Sequence record: PZ379180.1 | Origin: a phage | Length of the DNA stretch: 44,016 nt | Direction: 5' to 3' (one strand) | Part shown: positions 43,934 through 44,016 of the stretch, piece by piece | Layout of the letters: each line of letters begins with the position of its first letter | How positions within the stretch are numbered: the stretch's first letter is position 1 | Translations under genes and position numbers: made by a program | Notes under the pieces: generated by a model | Seen by the model: the letters and a program-made list of their open reading frames with translations, nothing else | The model's database searches: none | What the model was told of the DNA's origin: nothing

Positions 43934-44016
43934 CTGACCGCGAATACGAGAAGGCATGCGTAGAGTCGGCGCTAGGTATGTACGCTATTGAAGAGTGCGA
44001 CAAGACGATTGCCGAA
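43930..44016 (+). CDS. hypothetical protein, 5' end only (runs off right edge)
   Basis: ATG 43930 overlapping upstream stop; 29 complete codons to the window end. Confidence 0.3.
   Translation, partial: MTDREYEKACVESALGMYAIEECDKTIAE

Noticed and set aside
1-44016. CRISPR arrays, rRNA genes, integrase or CI-type repressor
   Set aside because: No direct-repeat/spacer arrays, no rRNA-like conserved stretches, no tyrosine/serine recombinase motifs and no long HTH repressor; the Cro-like gene alone is not evidence of lysogeny

Overview
The window reads as a near-complete (possibly complete, about 44 kb) genome of a tailed dsDNA phage with siphovirus-type gene order, probably virulent and of an enterobacterial-type host (no integrase or CI-like repressor seen). 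Rightward late genes: TerS, TerL, portal, head morphogenesis, Ig-like protein, spanin pair, scaffold, major capsid, head-tail joining proteins, major tail, chaperone, tape measure, minor tail proteins, J-like tip protein, beta-helix tailspike. Leftward replication operon (26.4-39.6 kb): TOPRIM protein, SNF2 helicase, C5-cytosine MTase, VRR-NUC, family A DNA polymerase, ssDNA-binding protein, Cas4-like nuclease, Cro-like regulator (opposite strand), primase-polymerase/helicase, HTH regulator. Also a holin-endolysin cassette, an N6-adenine MTase, and an opposite-strand accessory island inside the tail cluster (dNMP kinase, HAD phosphatase, HTH-metallophosphoesterase, Imm-like membrane protein). 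No rRNA, tRNA or CRISPR found. Main observations: a recurrent AATAG-N4-CTATT palindrome inside promoter-like elements; an iteron-like intergenic hub; and at least ten conserved genes broken by single-base frame changes, mostly at short homopolymers, which most likely reflects indel errors. All calls rest on by-eye motif reading; no searches were run.
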